64,000 bases of DNA from Tubiluchus corallicola. Taxonomy: Eukaryota > Animalia > Priapulida. The stretch spans positions 620,001 to 684,000 of the forward strand of contig JAQGDQ010000041.1 of the NCBI GenBank assembly GCA_030141605.1, written 5' to 3'. The notes beneath the pieces are model-generated. The model was not told where the DNA came from. It searched no databases and saw nothing but the letters and a program-made list of their open reading frames with translations. The translations under genes and the position numbers were made by a program. Shown piece after piece: positions 39,426 to 52,200 of the stretch (the first letter of the stretch is position 1; each line of letters begins with the position of its first letter).

Positions 39426-42400
39426 TCATGATTACCGACAGTTCGTCTGAGCATATGAGTTGCAACAATTTTGTTGGGCCACCAGTGGTGTCACTAGTAT
39501 TTATGTAATGTTACAAACTTTAAGCATCATAAAAATATTCAAATGCCTGTGGTCTGTTTAGTTGAATGCTACACCAACATAATGGCTCATTTAGAGTAAC
39601 GTGTGTACACCAGAATTTCGGTATGTATTGTATTGTTCACCAATCAAGTAACTATCAAGATGTCATCAATCTTAATTGGCCAGTCTAGGTAAGCAAGTAT
39701 TATTGTGTGTACTGTGCAATTCATATGGAGACTCCAGGACTATTAAGGCCACAAATGCATTCTTGTCTATTTTGGCTTCAGTCTTGGATTTTAAATGTTA
39801 GTGCAATTTGTATAGTCAAAATTAAACTAGTGTTTTTACTGCCATAGTCATTTTACAACCTGGTTTTGTGTACTAAAATTTGGTTTTGTAAAGATTGTGG
39901 CACAGTAATATTTCTTGTTGGTATATACCTGTAAAACTTTTTTATTTCATTGCTATTTTGGTTGTATTGTAACTTTTTTAAATTGTTGGTTGACTTGGGT
40001 AGAGAGAACTACATTTGAAAATCAGTTTGAAATTATTCATTAAAGGGAACGACATGTTACTTAGCATGTTAAGTTTATTTTTTATTTCCATTCTATTAAA
40101 TGTGTCATTTGCAGAATATTTTTTAAACAGTTTTGAAATGTTCTGATATTTTAATTTTTTTTCAATTCTAGTTTTTTCTACTAGAATTATGTCAAATGGC
40201 GCGAAATCTATACATGATTAGGATGCATATACATCAATAAATATTTTTGTTAGACAAAATTCTCGATTTATAATCATGATATTTCAGGACATTTCATGTG
40301 TGCTAAGCATAGTGAGTACATTGGAATTGGGTACAATTAGTACTGTTGTGATAGCTTTATTTTCCAGAAAACTGTTTATTATTTTGCAACGCAAAGGAGA
40401 TTTTGATGAGAGTGTGAAGAGTTTACAGGGATAATTACTAGAAAAAATATCAGTTATCGTGATACTCTCTAGTTTCCTTAGCCACGAGATGGGAGCCTGT
40501 TAATGTGACAAGTTGCTCTAATTATATACTTATTTGAATTATTAAAAAGTTCATGTACGTGATAAGCAAAGATTTCTTTTCCTAGACTTTGTTAGCTGCT
40601 AGTTGTAGGCAGGTTTGTTGATCATGCTGACATATTTTTGAGTTTGTCATATCAACTGTGTAATATCAATTGTTGTTTTACATGACCCTCTAGTCTGTTT
40701 CTGTAGATTTTGTACATAGATATAAAACACATTAATACTTAATTAGTTATTGCTTAACCGTTTACTTTAGAGTAGAGGATGAACATAAATAAAATAAGAT
40801 AAATTCTTTTTGGTGGAATATATAAACAACATAAACTTGTGCTGAGGTACATTGTAATTTAGTCAACAATTATATATCATAATCTGCAACTGACTGGCTA
40901 TGCCTGTAGAAACTGCATACTCATAAAAGTACAGGATTATTAGTGATTCTATATTCATTTGCCTGCATTTCCTTCAGTCTTTCAATTGCCACAGTTTCCG
41001 TAAACCAACATTTTAGTAAAATTCACTTAAACTTTTTTATATTATACTTTTTAGCATTATGAATTTTTAAATTTATTATATAAACACTGACATTTTCATT
41101 TATTAAAGCTTGATGATGAGTCATAATTGTGAACAACATTATAACCGAACTGTTTTAATGCAACTTCTTGATGCTTGTGAATAAAATTTTCTATAGAAAT
41201 GCAAGTACCATTGAAGTACTTCATGGACATTCCAAATGACTTTTTTTCATAATTGATGTAAAGTGGCATTTCTTTGTAGCTAAAAAAAAGTAGAGTGTGA
41301 ATCGCTTCTGTTTTTACTGAATCATTGTTGCTACAAAAAATTTGAATGAAACAAGCGTAATGGTTGCGTTAAATTATACAAAATAACTATTTCACATATT
41401 TCCAATAAATTACATTAATACATGTACATGCGCCGTAAGTTTCGAACTGACTATTTGTACAGAAGCATTCAGCCTAATAGTCCTATTAGCTGCAAAAAAG
41501 AAATGAAAAGCTAATATCCAAAGTGACATGAGAATAATACGAGTGTGAGAAATACGGAAGTGTAATGCAAAATTAACTAATTTATATCCCCACGAAAGTG
41601 CTAATAAAGGATTACAAAATGAACCTGCATTTCAGCAAATCAAAATAAAAGTTTAAGAAAACACAACTCATAAGCAAATAATAAAGGCATGTTGTTTACC
41701 TGTTTGTCAGGGGTGTATTAAGACAGGGATGCCATTTTGCATGATGCTCATTATAGTATTGGGGAGACAAAAATTATTGTATAATTGTGGCCCAAACCCA
41801 AAACTATCATGTACTGCAGCAGAAAATGAGCAGATTATTGTATAATCATGTGTTAGCAAAAAGTAACTATGTCTCTATAAAGTGGCATTAACAGGTGTAA
41901 AATTAAATTTATTAAAACACAGTGAAATATCACCATTTTCTGCATCAGCGGAATCAAGCCTAATTTTCGTTATCATGAGCATTCTTTGTTGAAATTCCTG
42001 CTTCTTTTTCAAGGAACTGCGATCAGTATGATTTAGCTAAAATGACATTAAATATTATTTCGGTGCACAAGCACAATTTTTTACAGTTTGTTTTTTAATT
42101 TCACATTACTAATTTATCATAAATTATCAATTATCGTATAGCTCTTTTTTGTACGGTATTAAGTCTCAAATTATCGTATGATCCAATAATTATCAGTAAA
42201 TGGCAACTTATGTGAATATGAAAGGATACACATTTTCCGAGGTGAAAAATAATTTTTTTTACACTGGATCCCTAAAAATCTAGGGCCTTCAACCTATTTA
42301 ACCTAGTTAACCTATTTGTAAATAATGTTTTGTGAGATTATGGCAAGTTACCAGTGCAGTACTATAACCACAGTTATCTTTGTTATGAGCATATCACAGA

Positions 42401-42776
42401 TTCAAATGAACTAGACAGCTATTAAATATAAAAGTCTGTGCTAAAATAACCATACAGGTTTATAGATCATCCAGCCATTTCACTTTCATAAAATTTCTGT
42501 GCATAAAATAAAAATCCTGCCTTCAGCATTGAAATGTACTGAAAAGGCATGTGACTTTTTTACATTCCTGACAACACTAAACTGAAAGAAGCCTCAGTTG
42601 CGCTTCCACTGACTACAATTGCCTCAAGATATATTCAAAAATGAAAATGACAAAAGCTAGTGTTTCTTGCTTTGTAAAGCTAGTAAAACTCCATAATGAA
42701 AATACTCAAGTACAAAATAATTAATGCCCAAAACAATTCTACAGTGATTCTATAAAAGCTCTAATTATGCAACTGA

Positions 42777-44029
42777 TTATCTCTGTCTTTGCTCTGCAAT
42801 ACGTTCTGCAGTGTCCCTGTTATTTCTCCACACAGCAAAAATACTTAAACCAAACAGAACAGTTATTCCAATTAAAGTTAGTGTGGCTGTTGCATTAAAG
42901 TAATATTTGTATTGAATGCGACAATACCACACAGCAGCTAGAATGAACCCAAACATTGGAAACATCAAGTTACCAACATCAAATTCGGCATCTGGCTCAC
43001 GATGTAGCGGTTGTTCGGGTAACTGTGGTTGTGTAAGCAAGACGTGTAACACACAGTTGTTATTGATTCCGTAAGATCGAAGAGACTGTCCGTCATTGGC
43101 CAAAACTTGACCGTTTGATATAAATTTTACTATTTTCCCTGCAGATAATTCCTCCTCAAAATGGTTCCTTAAAAATGTACAGAAAAATAATATCACCATT
43201 ATCAAAAATAAGCATACTATGACTCAAAAATTTGTCACACACACACAACACATGTAAGCTTAATTTTGCATTTTTACATGCACACATTTAAATATTAATT
43301 TTATAAGTCATAAAGGAAACTTTCAAAATTTAAAGTGAGCACACGCTTCTACTCCACTACAAATTCATTCAAATCTTCTGATTCATCATTTTTGGTAATT
43401 TTTGCGGTAATAAATACCTTAACATACCTTCGAAATTCTCCTATTGTATCTGATGAATTTGCCTGAACCATTCTTTCCCTTTCATTCAAATATTTCAGTC
43501 TAATTGTAATTTGACTTAGCTGTTCTAAACTTGGTTTCACCGAGCATGTCTCTCCTAGATCAGTTGATTTTGGCTTTGTAACACCGCATTCATTAACTTG
43601 TTCACTTTCAAGAGCAGTATTGGTAGTCCTAATTTCTGAGCTATTATTACGCCTGTGTCGCAAACCTTCCTGTGTATCATCAAGAGACGAATCGTTAGCT
43701 AGAACCGTCTCTTCTTGGATAGCATCCGAAACACCTGCAGCTATGTTTTCATCTGGCGCTGTCACAGTTTGCTGTTGTTGGTCCCTGCTTGCCTCATTTT
43801 CTGGTCTGTTATTAAGGTTTGCTAGAGTTTCTGGCGAAATCTCCGCTGTAACCACTTGATCTGACTGCCCAGGACGTTGCGGATGTCGTCTACATTGAAC
43901 AATGATCACTGACCTCCATGGATAATCACGAACAGATGTGGATAACCAGGCTATAATTAGTACTGCCACAGCAACAAGTGCAGAGAATACAAGAACAACT
44001 TCATCTCCAATCCCCTCAATTAATGGCAT
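42777..44029 (-). CDS. TMUB1: Transmembrane and ubiquitin-like domain-containing protein (TMUB1/TMUB2 co-ortholog); 2 coding exons, ~330 aa
   Basis: Exons 44029-43428 and 43167-42777. N-terminus MPLIEGIGDEV + TM ending AWLST; UBL domain (ITIRLKYLNE...VKFISNGQVL...SLRSYGINNNCVLHV); two C-terminal TM segments around WYCRIQYKYYFNATAT. Splice acceptor just upstream of the ATG (~44048) implies a 5'UTR exon. Confidence 0.93.
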
Positions 44030-44250
44030 ATTTGATAACTGACAACACTGAAATAATTTAAAGATATTGTAAACTTATTAAAAAAACTAATAAATTGTGG
44101 GAAAAGTTTTACTAATAACAATGACAAAAATTAAGAAAACCATTTGCCAAGGCAGCTGTATGATGCCTTTCGGAATATGTTTAACATCAAAAGTGCATGA
44201 AGGCCATGTAAATAACTTAATTGTGCTGTCTAATGCCATTGTATAGACAA

Positions 44251-44708
44251 TAGACCTGCCAACCATTTGAGGTAAAAATTAGTGTAAAACATAGATAGCC
44301 CAGGGTCATCTCACTCCTGGCATGGATCTAGTTGCAAATTATGCATCAGGAATTTGGGTATCAAAGTCAAATCTTTGGTACTACTGTGCTTTCTTGTGCT
44401 GTTATTATAGTTTATTGTGCCTCATATATAATTATGTTCTTTTGTAGACATCAGAAAAGCTCAGTAATTTTCAATAATTGTAATACCCTTTAGTATAACA
44501 TGCATCTTGAGTCTCGTGAACGCTAATGCATTATTGAAAGTAGCACTACTAATTATGTTACAGTTTATATTGACAGCAAAGGTAATTTGCAAACTTGAGT
44601 GAGCTTGAAATTATAGACTCCATGAGAACAGAAATTTGATACATGTGTGAATGCAAAAGACTTAAGATGCATGTACACATGCCTAACACATGAGAGATGG
44701 CAGGTCTG
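44251..44708. mobile_element. Possible hAT-type MITE
   Basis: 10-bp perfect TIR AGACCTGCCA (44252-44261) / TGGCAGGTCT (44698-44707); TSD only partial (GACAA on both sides). Confidence 0.45.
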
Positions 44709-45393
44709 GGACAAAACTATATAAAGGTGTGTTAGCAAGTGACAAGATAATTTTTCAACTCATAATTCATCTATTAGTATGATGATACAGCTAGCTTCCA
44801 CATACAACTATATATACCTAGTCCTCTCTACATCTGAACAATTTTTGTAATAAGTAAGCAAACCATCACCACCGTGTCATATGTCGGGCTAAAGTTAAGT
44901 GATAAGTTTAAAGAACTGTCGTAATAAGTGCTGAAAACATGTAAAGGAATTATTAATTTGATGTCATTTCTGATTATTGCTGATCAATTATTAGAGTCTG
45001 GAAAATTGTTTACCACTTCACATATGTGAACCTCCATAATTGCTTTTGTGTAAAGTGAAAATTTATGAAGAACTTAGATAGTCAAAGCCTGGTGTAACTA
45101 CCATAGATATTGGTTTAGTATTCTCATGCAGTGTTCTTCAGTAGTATGAATACGTATTTTATTCTGCAAAGCTAAGAAAGTGCAATAAAAGAATAGATAT
45201 TTCTGTTGCTAAACAGCTTATGAGTCTATTATTAAATTAATTAATAGTTTTCATTTGAGGCATCGCCATATTTTAGTTATTCTAAAAATAATGTAGAATG
45301 CAGCACATTTAAAGTGCTGTTTCATTAATGTTAAACTATAACAACTTCCTCATGTTAACTATTAACTTTCAAGACTACTAAAGACTATTAACT

Positions 45394-46000
45394 TTCAAAT
45401 GGCATGTTCAAGGCAAAAATCAGTAAAGCCAAGACAAAGGTGGGAATAACACTGAAAAGCTTCATAAACCTGGATCGTAATACCTTTGTCTGGTTGCACA
45501 AGGTGCTGGTGAGCCCATATCTTGAATTTTGCAGCTCAGTATGGCACACCGTTATGATTAGTTTAATTGACAAGTTCAATTAAAGTTCAGTTAACAAGTT
45601 CAAAGCTACATTATAAGAACCCTGACCAACATAAAATGATTACCATATGAAGAGAGACTCAGAGAATTAAAACTACCTACAAAGATTTACAGACGGTACA
45701 CAGAGGGTGTCAAAGGTGACATGATAGAAACATGAACAAAATCCTGCACCAAAAGTATGACACTGCTGTTAGCCAAGTCATATCTCAGGGCAGAGGTTGC
45801 TAGAATTTCAACAAGAGGATATCACCTGAATCTATTATAAGACTAGAGCAAATAAATCAGTACGTCTCCATAGCTTTTCAAGCAGGATCGTTAACACCGT
45901 GCCCAATGAATAGGTATCTGCACCTAGTATAAATGAATTCAAAAATAGGCTGGATAAGCACTGAGCTTCGAGACATCTGGTCTATAGCTATAAGGCCTCA
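45394..46000 (+). mobile_element. Decayed CR1-like LINE 3' end
   Basis: Fragments LHKVLVSPYLEFCSSVW, LPYEERLRELKLPT, GDMIET, TRGYHL, HSFSSRIVN with stops and frameshifts. Confidence 0.8.
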
Positions 46001-46247
46001 ATCGAGAATTTGACGTCTGACATTTACACAAGTTTTAGCTGAAGTTTTTAAATATGCCAAAAACATCCTAAGGATCTATGTTTACGGAATAAATATTGTG
46101 CCGTTTTTCAATCAGTTCGGTGCTATATTAGGTAAAGGGCTAACTAATTTGTGATTTTATTCGGTTTTTACTATTCAATATTTACAAAAGTAAGAAATTT
46201 GATAGCGTAAATTCCTGCTTTCTATTCACTAACTAGTTACTACTCAC

Positions 46248-46422
46248 CAGTAGCAATATGGGAACTCTGCCGCTACCGTGTAAATTCTAAAATTTAGAAT
46301 TAAAGAACTCGCACTTGTGTACTATGCCAATGGTCCAGTGCACATAAAATTGCGTTGGTAAATTTGTCATTACTTTGGTTGTAAGTGCGTCGAAATTTAG
46401 ACTAATTCAGCGTTTATTATAG
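46248..46422. promoter_or_regulatory. Candidate bidirectional promoter and first non-coding exons of TMUB and DNMBP
   Basis: Outward-facing strong donors CTG|GTGAGT (minus, 46247) and TAG|GTAAGC (plus, 46423); matching acceptors lie just before each ATG (~44048 and 49209). Confidence 0.5.
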
Positions 46423-47620
46423 GTAAGCTGTGGTCATCGTGTGCCTAGTTCATGGAATCGTCTCCCAGGCAATGTGATAGCTTCAGTTAACATAATAATA
46501 GTGGCGCGTTTAATACCAACTATACTATAGACAGTTTGCACATTAGCGAGTTTAAATTTCAATTTTAGTTGGTCCGCAAGTCTAGTTTGCACATGAGCAA
46601 CTTAACAGTACAACACTCATTGTCACTCGTCCTGATAGAAAAGGGTTTAGGCACCAAACGGATGGATAGATTAGCGTCACTAAACCATTGAATGGTATAC
46701 CATAGATTTACATTTGAGGTTTACCAGACATTCAGAATGTGTTATGCGTTATTGCATAGCTGCATGTATAAACAATCTAAATGGAATAGCTGCAGAATAA
46801 ATAATACGTAATGCAGGTCTGATAAATGGGTGCAGTGAAAGCAATATAAAGTGAGTTTTCTATCTGCAACACAAATACGATAAAGCATAATGCTTTCTGG
46901 GTGTATTGCGTATCCAACTACATATAAAAACCCGCTGAATAAATGATGCAGAGGTTTTATCTAACATGTGGAAAGGAATGCATATTGCTTTGCTTAAGTA
47001 TAGCTGCTTTTTGTGTGCAGTAGTATTCTGCTGCCAAGTAAGGAGTGTCAAAAACCAACATGTGTCGCTGAAGACCAACTTCTTGTGGAAAAATTGCAGT
47101 AGGGAGAGGTCGGTTCTCCGCATCTGCAGTTTCGATGTGCAGTAATGCAGCCTGATAAAGAGGTGCATTAAAAATAATGTAAAGTGTTTTTTGCTTATAC
47201 GGTAGGTGTCGTTTATTAGACTCACAGTTAATAGACTCAGTCGCTTAATTGACTCAAAAACACCTTGACCGGGCCATTCCTATTCAAATGTATATAAAAA
47301 CTGTCAGTAAATTGACTCAAAGAATTCTGCATAATTGACTCAATATTTTTTATATCACGCACTTAAAATAAGACTCTTGTGTATAACTAAAGAGATTTTA
47401 TGTCATCTTTACATCGATTTTGTGCGCTCTAAAATACGTAGTCATGTTAAGTACAGATTTGTTTATAAGCAGATACAGTACGTTTATCGGTACGGTATGT
47501 ACAAAAATAGATACAAAAAAAATTGTTATCCAATTGTTTCATTCACTTCAATGACTAATTTATTGACTATCTTCAGTGTCTTGAATGTTTTGTTTTCTAA
47601 ATTAAAATTAAAATTCTGTA

Positions 47621-48285
47621 TAGTAAGTCCTTGCTTAACGATGCTAATGCGTTCCAGCAAAATGCGACGTTAAGCGAAACGTTCTTAAATGAAGTCAGGA
47701 TTCCACAGAAAGCAATGTAAAAGAGTTGAGATACATTCCAGAGGCAAAAATCAATCCTGCTTTAAACATATAATTTAAATGTTTTATGAGTTTTATTCAT
47801 ATTTTGGGTGATTAATTTCTTTCTGCTTGCATGAAACCACTGATACTGCATAGTGAAACTTAAGCGATGGGACAACCTTGAGATAATTTCATCTAGATAC
47901 TCAGTCTGGTTGCTATAGGAAAAGGTTGTGGGCAAAATTCTTTCAGAGAAAGTTTGCACCGGGTACCTGGATGCGTCTATATTGCAAATAGATCTCGCTC
48001 AAGCGGCTAGCATGTAGTAGTCAGCGGGGAAGCAAAAACACATGATAATTGTACTGTTTTATATTACTAGTGCATTTTTAGATTAAAATAACGTAGCACG
48101 TACACTTTTAAGGCTTGAAATATTTCAAAAAATTTGTTGATCAAATAAAAAATGACTTTAAACAAAGTAAAAAAATCGTGGATAAAATGAAACATGCGAT
48201 GTTAAGTGAGGAAAAGCTGCCAAATGGTCAGCGATGTTAAAATGAGACGTTGCTAAGAGGCGAGTTGTTAAGTGAAGACTTACTG
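47621..48285. mobile_element. Older Tigger/pogo-like MITE
   Basis: Imperfect TIRs TAGTAAGTCCTTGCTTAACGA / TTGTTAAGTGAAGACTTACTG (about 16/21), TA flanks, subterminal CGTTAAG-like repeats. Confidence 0.7.
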
Positions 48286-49258
48286 TATTTGAAAAAAAAT
48301 TAAACTTTTATTTGCATTTTAATTTCGATTCTACTTTTATTTTAGAAAAAAAACCACTGATGATAGCGACAGAAGTGACTCATTTATTTGGATAATAAAT
48401 TTTCATGAAATAATGCCTGCATTCATAACTAATATATCAAGAATAGGTACAACTAACAACAAAAAATCTTGCGATAAGAAAAAAGAAGAAAGGCTAATCG
48501 TTTCAACCAACCACTGTGGACTATCCACAGTCAAAATTCGAAAAAAGAAAGTGTCAACATTCACTAAATACTAGTGTTTCTGGATTTTAATTTTAACTGT
48601 TCAACTCAATTGTCAGCTTTTAATTCAACACAACAGAAAAATACATTTTGAGCCTATTTTACAATTTGCATTGCTTTTTTGCTTAACTCTATCTTTTGCT
48701 AACACACTATATATACAGCAGCTTTTTTATCCATACGACTTATTTTTTTTATTTTTACTTTTCTATATATAATCTAGGATTTTCTGTCTGTACATGTACA
48801 TACATTCCAATTTCCAATTCAGTTCTGTCGTGACATTATGCGCTCTTTGCTATTGTGTTGTTTATCTTGTAGTTTTTATTTATCATAGACTTTCTTACAG
48901 TGTTTCTGCATGTGATTTTTTTCAACTGGTATAGATTTACACTTATTGTACAGGGGCCCATATACCTGTACCCCTATACCTGTTGTACAGAGGCCTTTGT
49001 GGTTTTGAATATATTATATAATGAAACAACCGGTGTATACTTGAAACATGTTGCCTGACAAATTAGTTTCAGTGAGCCCCAAATATCCTTGGGCCCTAGG
49101 CCAATGGCCTACTATGTAATGGTAAATCCAGTCCTGAGCTACATAGATCTATACATAACTTATGTAAATATATGCATATAAAGATATATAAATGTACCTT
49201 TTTTTGCAGCATACACAAACATCAGAATTTCTAGAAGCTATCCAATTATTAAACAGGC

Positions 49259-52200
49259 ATGGAATCAGGAAAATATGCACGTGCCTTATATGATTTTGAC
49301 ACCAACCAACCCAACGAGCTTCCACTAAGAGCCGGAGATGTAGTCAGGCTTATGAAGCAAATTGACAAAAATTGGTGGATTGGTGATCTTAATGGAAAAA
49401 CAGGGAATTTTCCAGCTTCTTTTGTATTGCCACTACCTCTTCCTGTTTTGTCAAACAATGAACTAGTATGTGTTGGCATGGAAACATTTCGAGGAGAACA
49501 AACAGGTGACCTAGACTTTAATAAAGGTGATATTATCATTGTGACGGAACAAGTTGACCGTAGCTGGTATAAAGGCAGATGTGCCGATCGTGTTGGAATT
49601 TTTCCTGTTAACTTTGTAAGGTTTTTAAACGCTACAAGTCATGATAATGTAAAGGAAGCTGTTATTATGAAAGCCAAAGCACTAATGGATCTTGTGCCAC
49701 AACTAGATGAAGAATTACCATTTCGTGCAGGTGATATGATTGACATACTTGAAGTTAAGGAAGATGGTTGGTACATGGGGCAGTGCCATGGTGTTACAGG
49801 CATGTTTCCACCTACATTTGTGGAAGTTGTCGATAGCAATGTGCCAAAAACTCAACAAAAACAGTGCATTGGCTCCAATGTGAATAAGTCCAGACTTGAA
49901 AGATGTTTAGAGGTAGCTATGGAAAAAGTCAGTAGCATTGATACCACTGATGATGCTGCACAAATTCCCTCTGCTCAGTGCAGCCAAGAACCTGGACTTA
50001 GTTGCATTTCAGAAAGCCAACAGTCTCCCTATTCTCCAGGTGATATTTCACAATTCCGAAATTTTCACAACAAAAGAGATATCTTTCCAGCCAATGATAG
50101 GATTTTGGATGTACAAAGTAGTTCATCAAAGAGAAATTTAGTTGATGATGGTGTGATACCTAAAGCTGAGTTAGAGCGTTATGGAAGTACTGGACTAACG
50201 CCTTACGGCAGGGCATTGTTTACATTTGTTCCTGTTAACGAAGACGAGCTGGGTTTTGCAGAAGGTGAAATTGTAAATCTTATTCGACATGTCAATGGTG
50301 ACTGGATAGAAGGTATAATAGATGGCAGAGTTGGTATATTCCCAAAAGACTTTGTGGAAGTAATAATTGACTGTCCAAAAGATTACGAAGAAGTAGAAAA
50401 AGAAGATGCAAGTATTGTTTCAAATAATTTGTCACCTAGTGAGCCTAAGCTTTTTCCTCAAAATTCATATGCAAAAGTACTATATGATTTTAAAGGTGAA
50501 GTGGAAGGTGATTTGTCAGTGAATTGTGGAGATATTGTTCTTTTGGTGTGGCAGCTTGATGCAAATTGGGTAGAAGCAAAAGATTGTATTGGCAGAACAG
50601 GAATATGTCCAGCAGCCTTCCTAGAGCATATCGATGAAAAAAGTAATGAAAAGAGTGAAAATTTGGAAACAGGTATTATGGTTATCGATAATTATACTAA
50701 GCAAACATTTGATGAACAAAAAATGCCAGATCCTACGGCAAAAGCAAAAACTATCACTTTCAATAAGAGGAGCAGTTTACCACTGAAGTTTGATTTTTCC
50801 AGAAAAAGTTCGTCTGATATTGACTCACTTGTAGCAAAGAATATTCAGTCTTGGGAACTAGACACAAAAGACAATTTATCTCGTAGCATGACAATTGATA
50901 GCTCTAATGTGTCACCAAGAAGCAAACAAACTAATTTAGTTAGAAATGCTTCTATTGACAGTTCATGCAAAGAATCTAGTGTGCATTATGATTCAGAAAA
51001 ATCAGTGCAAGAGCCAGTTGAACAAGAAAAGTACAAAGAAGTACAAATGCTAGATGACCAAGCTAGGATAGCAAAAGCATTTCATTTATCCAATGTGCCT
51101 TTGAAACCTGAAAAAATTGCACCTAAAAGACCGAGCCCTCCAGCAAAACGGCTTGCAAAAGCACCTGCTAGGCCACCTAGACCTCAAACTTTGCCTTATA
51201 AAAGATTTGGTGCACAACAACAACCTTTGTCACCACATAGTGCAAGAAAGAATCTCTCATCATCTAAATTTTACGTAGAATTTTCTTCCAGTATGGATTC
51301 TATGCCTTCAACTATTTCAGAATCAGCAGCTAAGAGGACAAAACCTACAAGTAATTCAACTTCACAGGTATGTTATACTCCTGCATCTCAGACACCACAT
51401 GTGGCACCTTCTGTAATTCAGTCACGTGGTGCTAAGAAGCCAACAGTAATAAGAGCTGTTGCTAGAACAGATGCTAATCCGAGTTTGGTTATGCAACAAA
51501 ATATAACTGTGCCTTCAGTTAACGTTGCCGTACAACACCAGCAATCTGTAACTGCATCTTTTTCCACTAATAAAGGACAACAAGAGCAAGATATAGAGCC
51601 AAAGGAGCAACAAAGTAAATTAGGCAGTGAATATGAAAGCAGTAATGCATTTTCTGCAGCTCCAGTGTTTGAAAAATCTTTATCTGAAGTTTCTGAACAC
51701 GATGCCAGGGATAAAGAGATTATTGAAGAGGTTCTGCCAATTCTTCCAGTTTGCGGCTCATCCCGACGTGCCCTTTCATCTCCAGATGCAAATCTAACTT
51801 CCACAGTAAGAGAACCTCCACCATATCATGCTCCTCCTCCTTATAGAGGATCTATAAAGAAAGAAACTGTTGACCGTATTAGTTTAACACCTAGTCCAGA
51901 GTGCATTTCAGATTCTACTAGTGATTCAGATAGTTGCTTACCTATACGTAAAGCTCCACCTGTACCAAAGCAGCGGACTTCGATGCAGGTACTTATTCAG
52001 GAAGATACAGGTAAAGAACTTGTGCCGGTTAGAGCTGCACCTCTGCCACCTCAAGCTGCTCAAAGAAAAAAGTTGCATCGAAGATCTGTAAAGCAAGATG
52101 AAGAAGAAAAGCAAAAAAATTTGGACAAAATTGATGCTGAGAAAAAAGAACAAGAGGAAAAAGAGAAACTGATTTTGGAAGGCAAACAAAAAATGAGGGA

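Noticed and set aside
47200-47350. Repeated (AATT)GACTCA motifs as a CRISPR-like or AP-1 array
   Set aside because: Irregular spacing; best explained as subterminal repeats of a truncated DNA transposon with no visible second end
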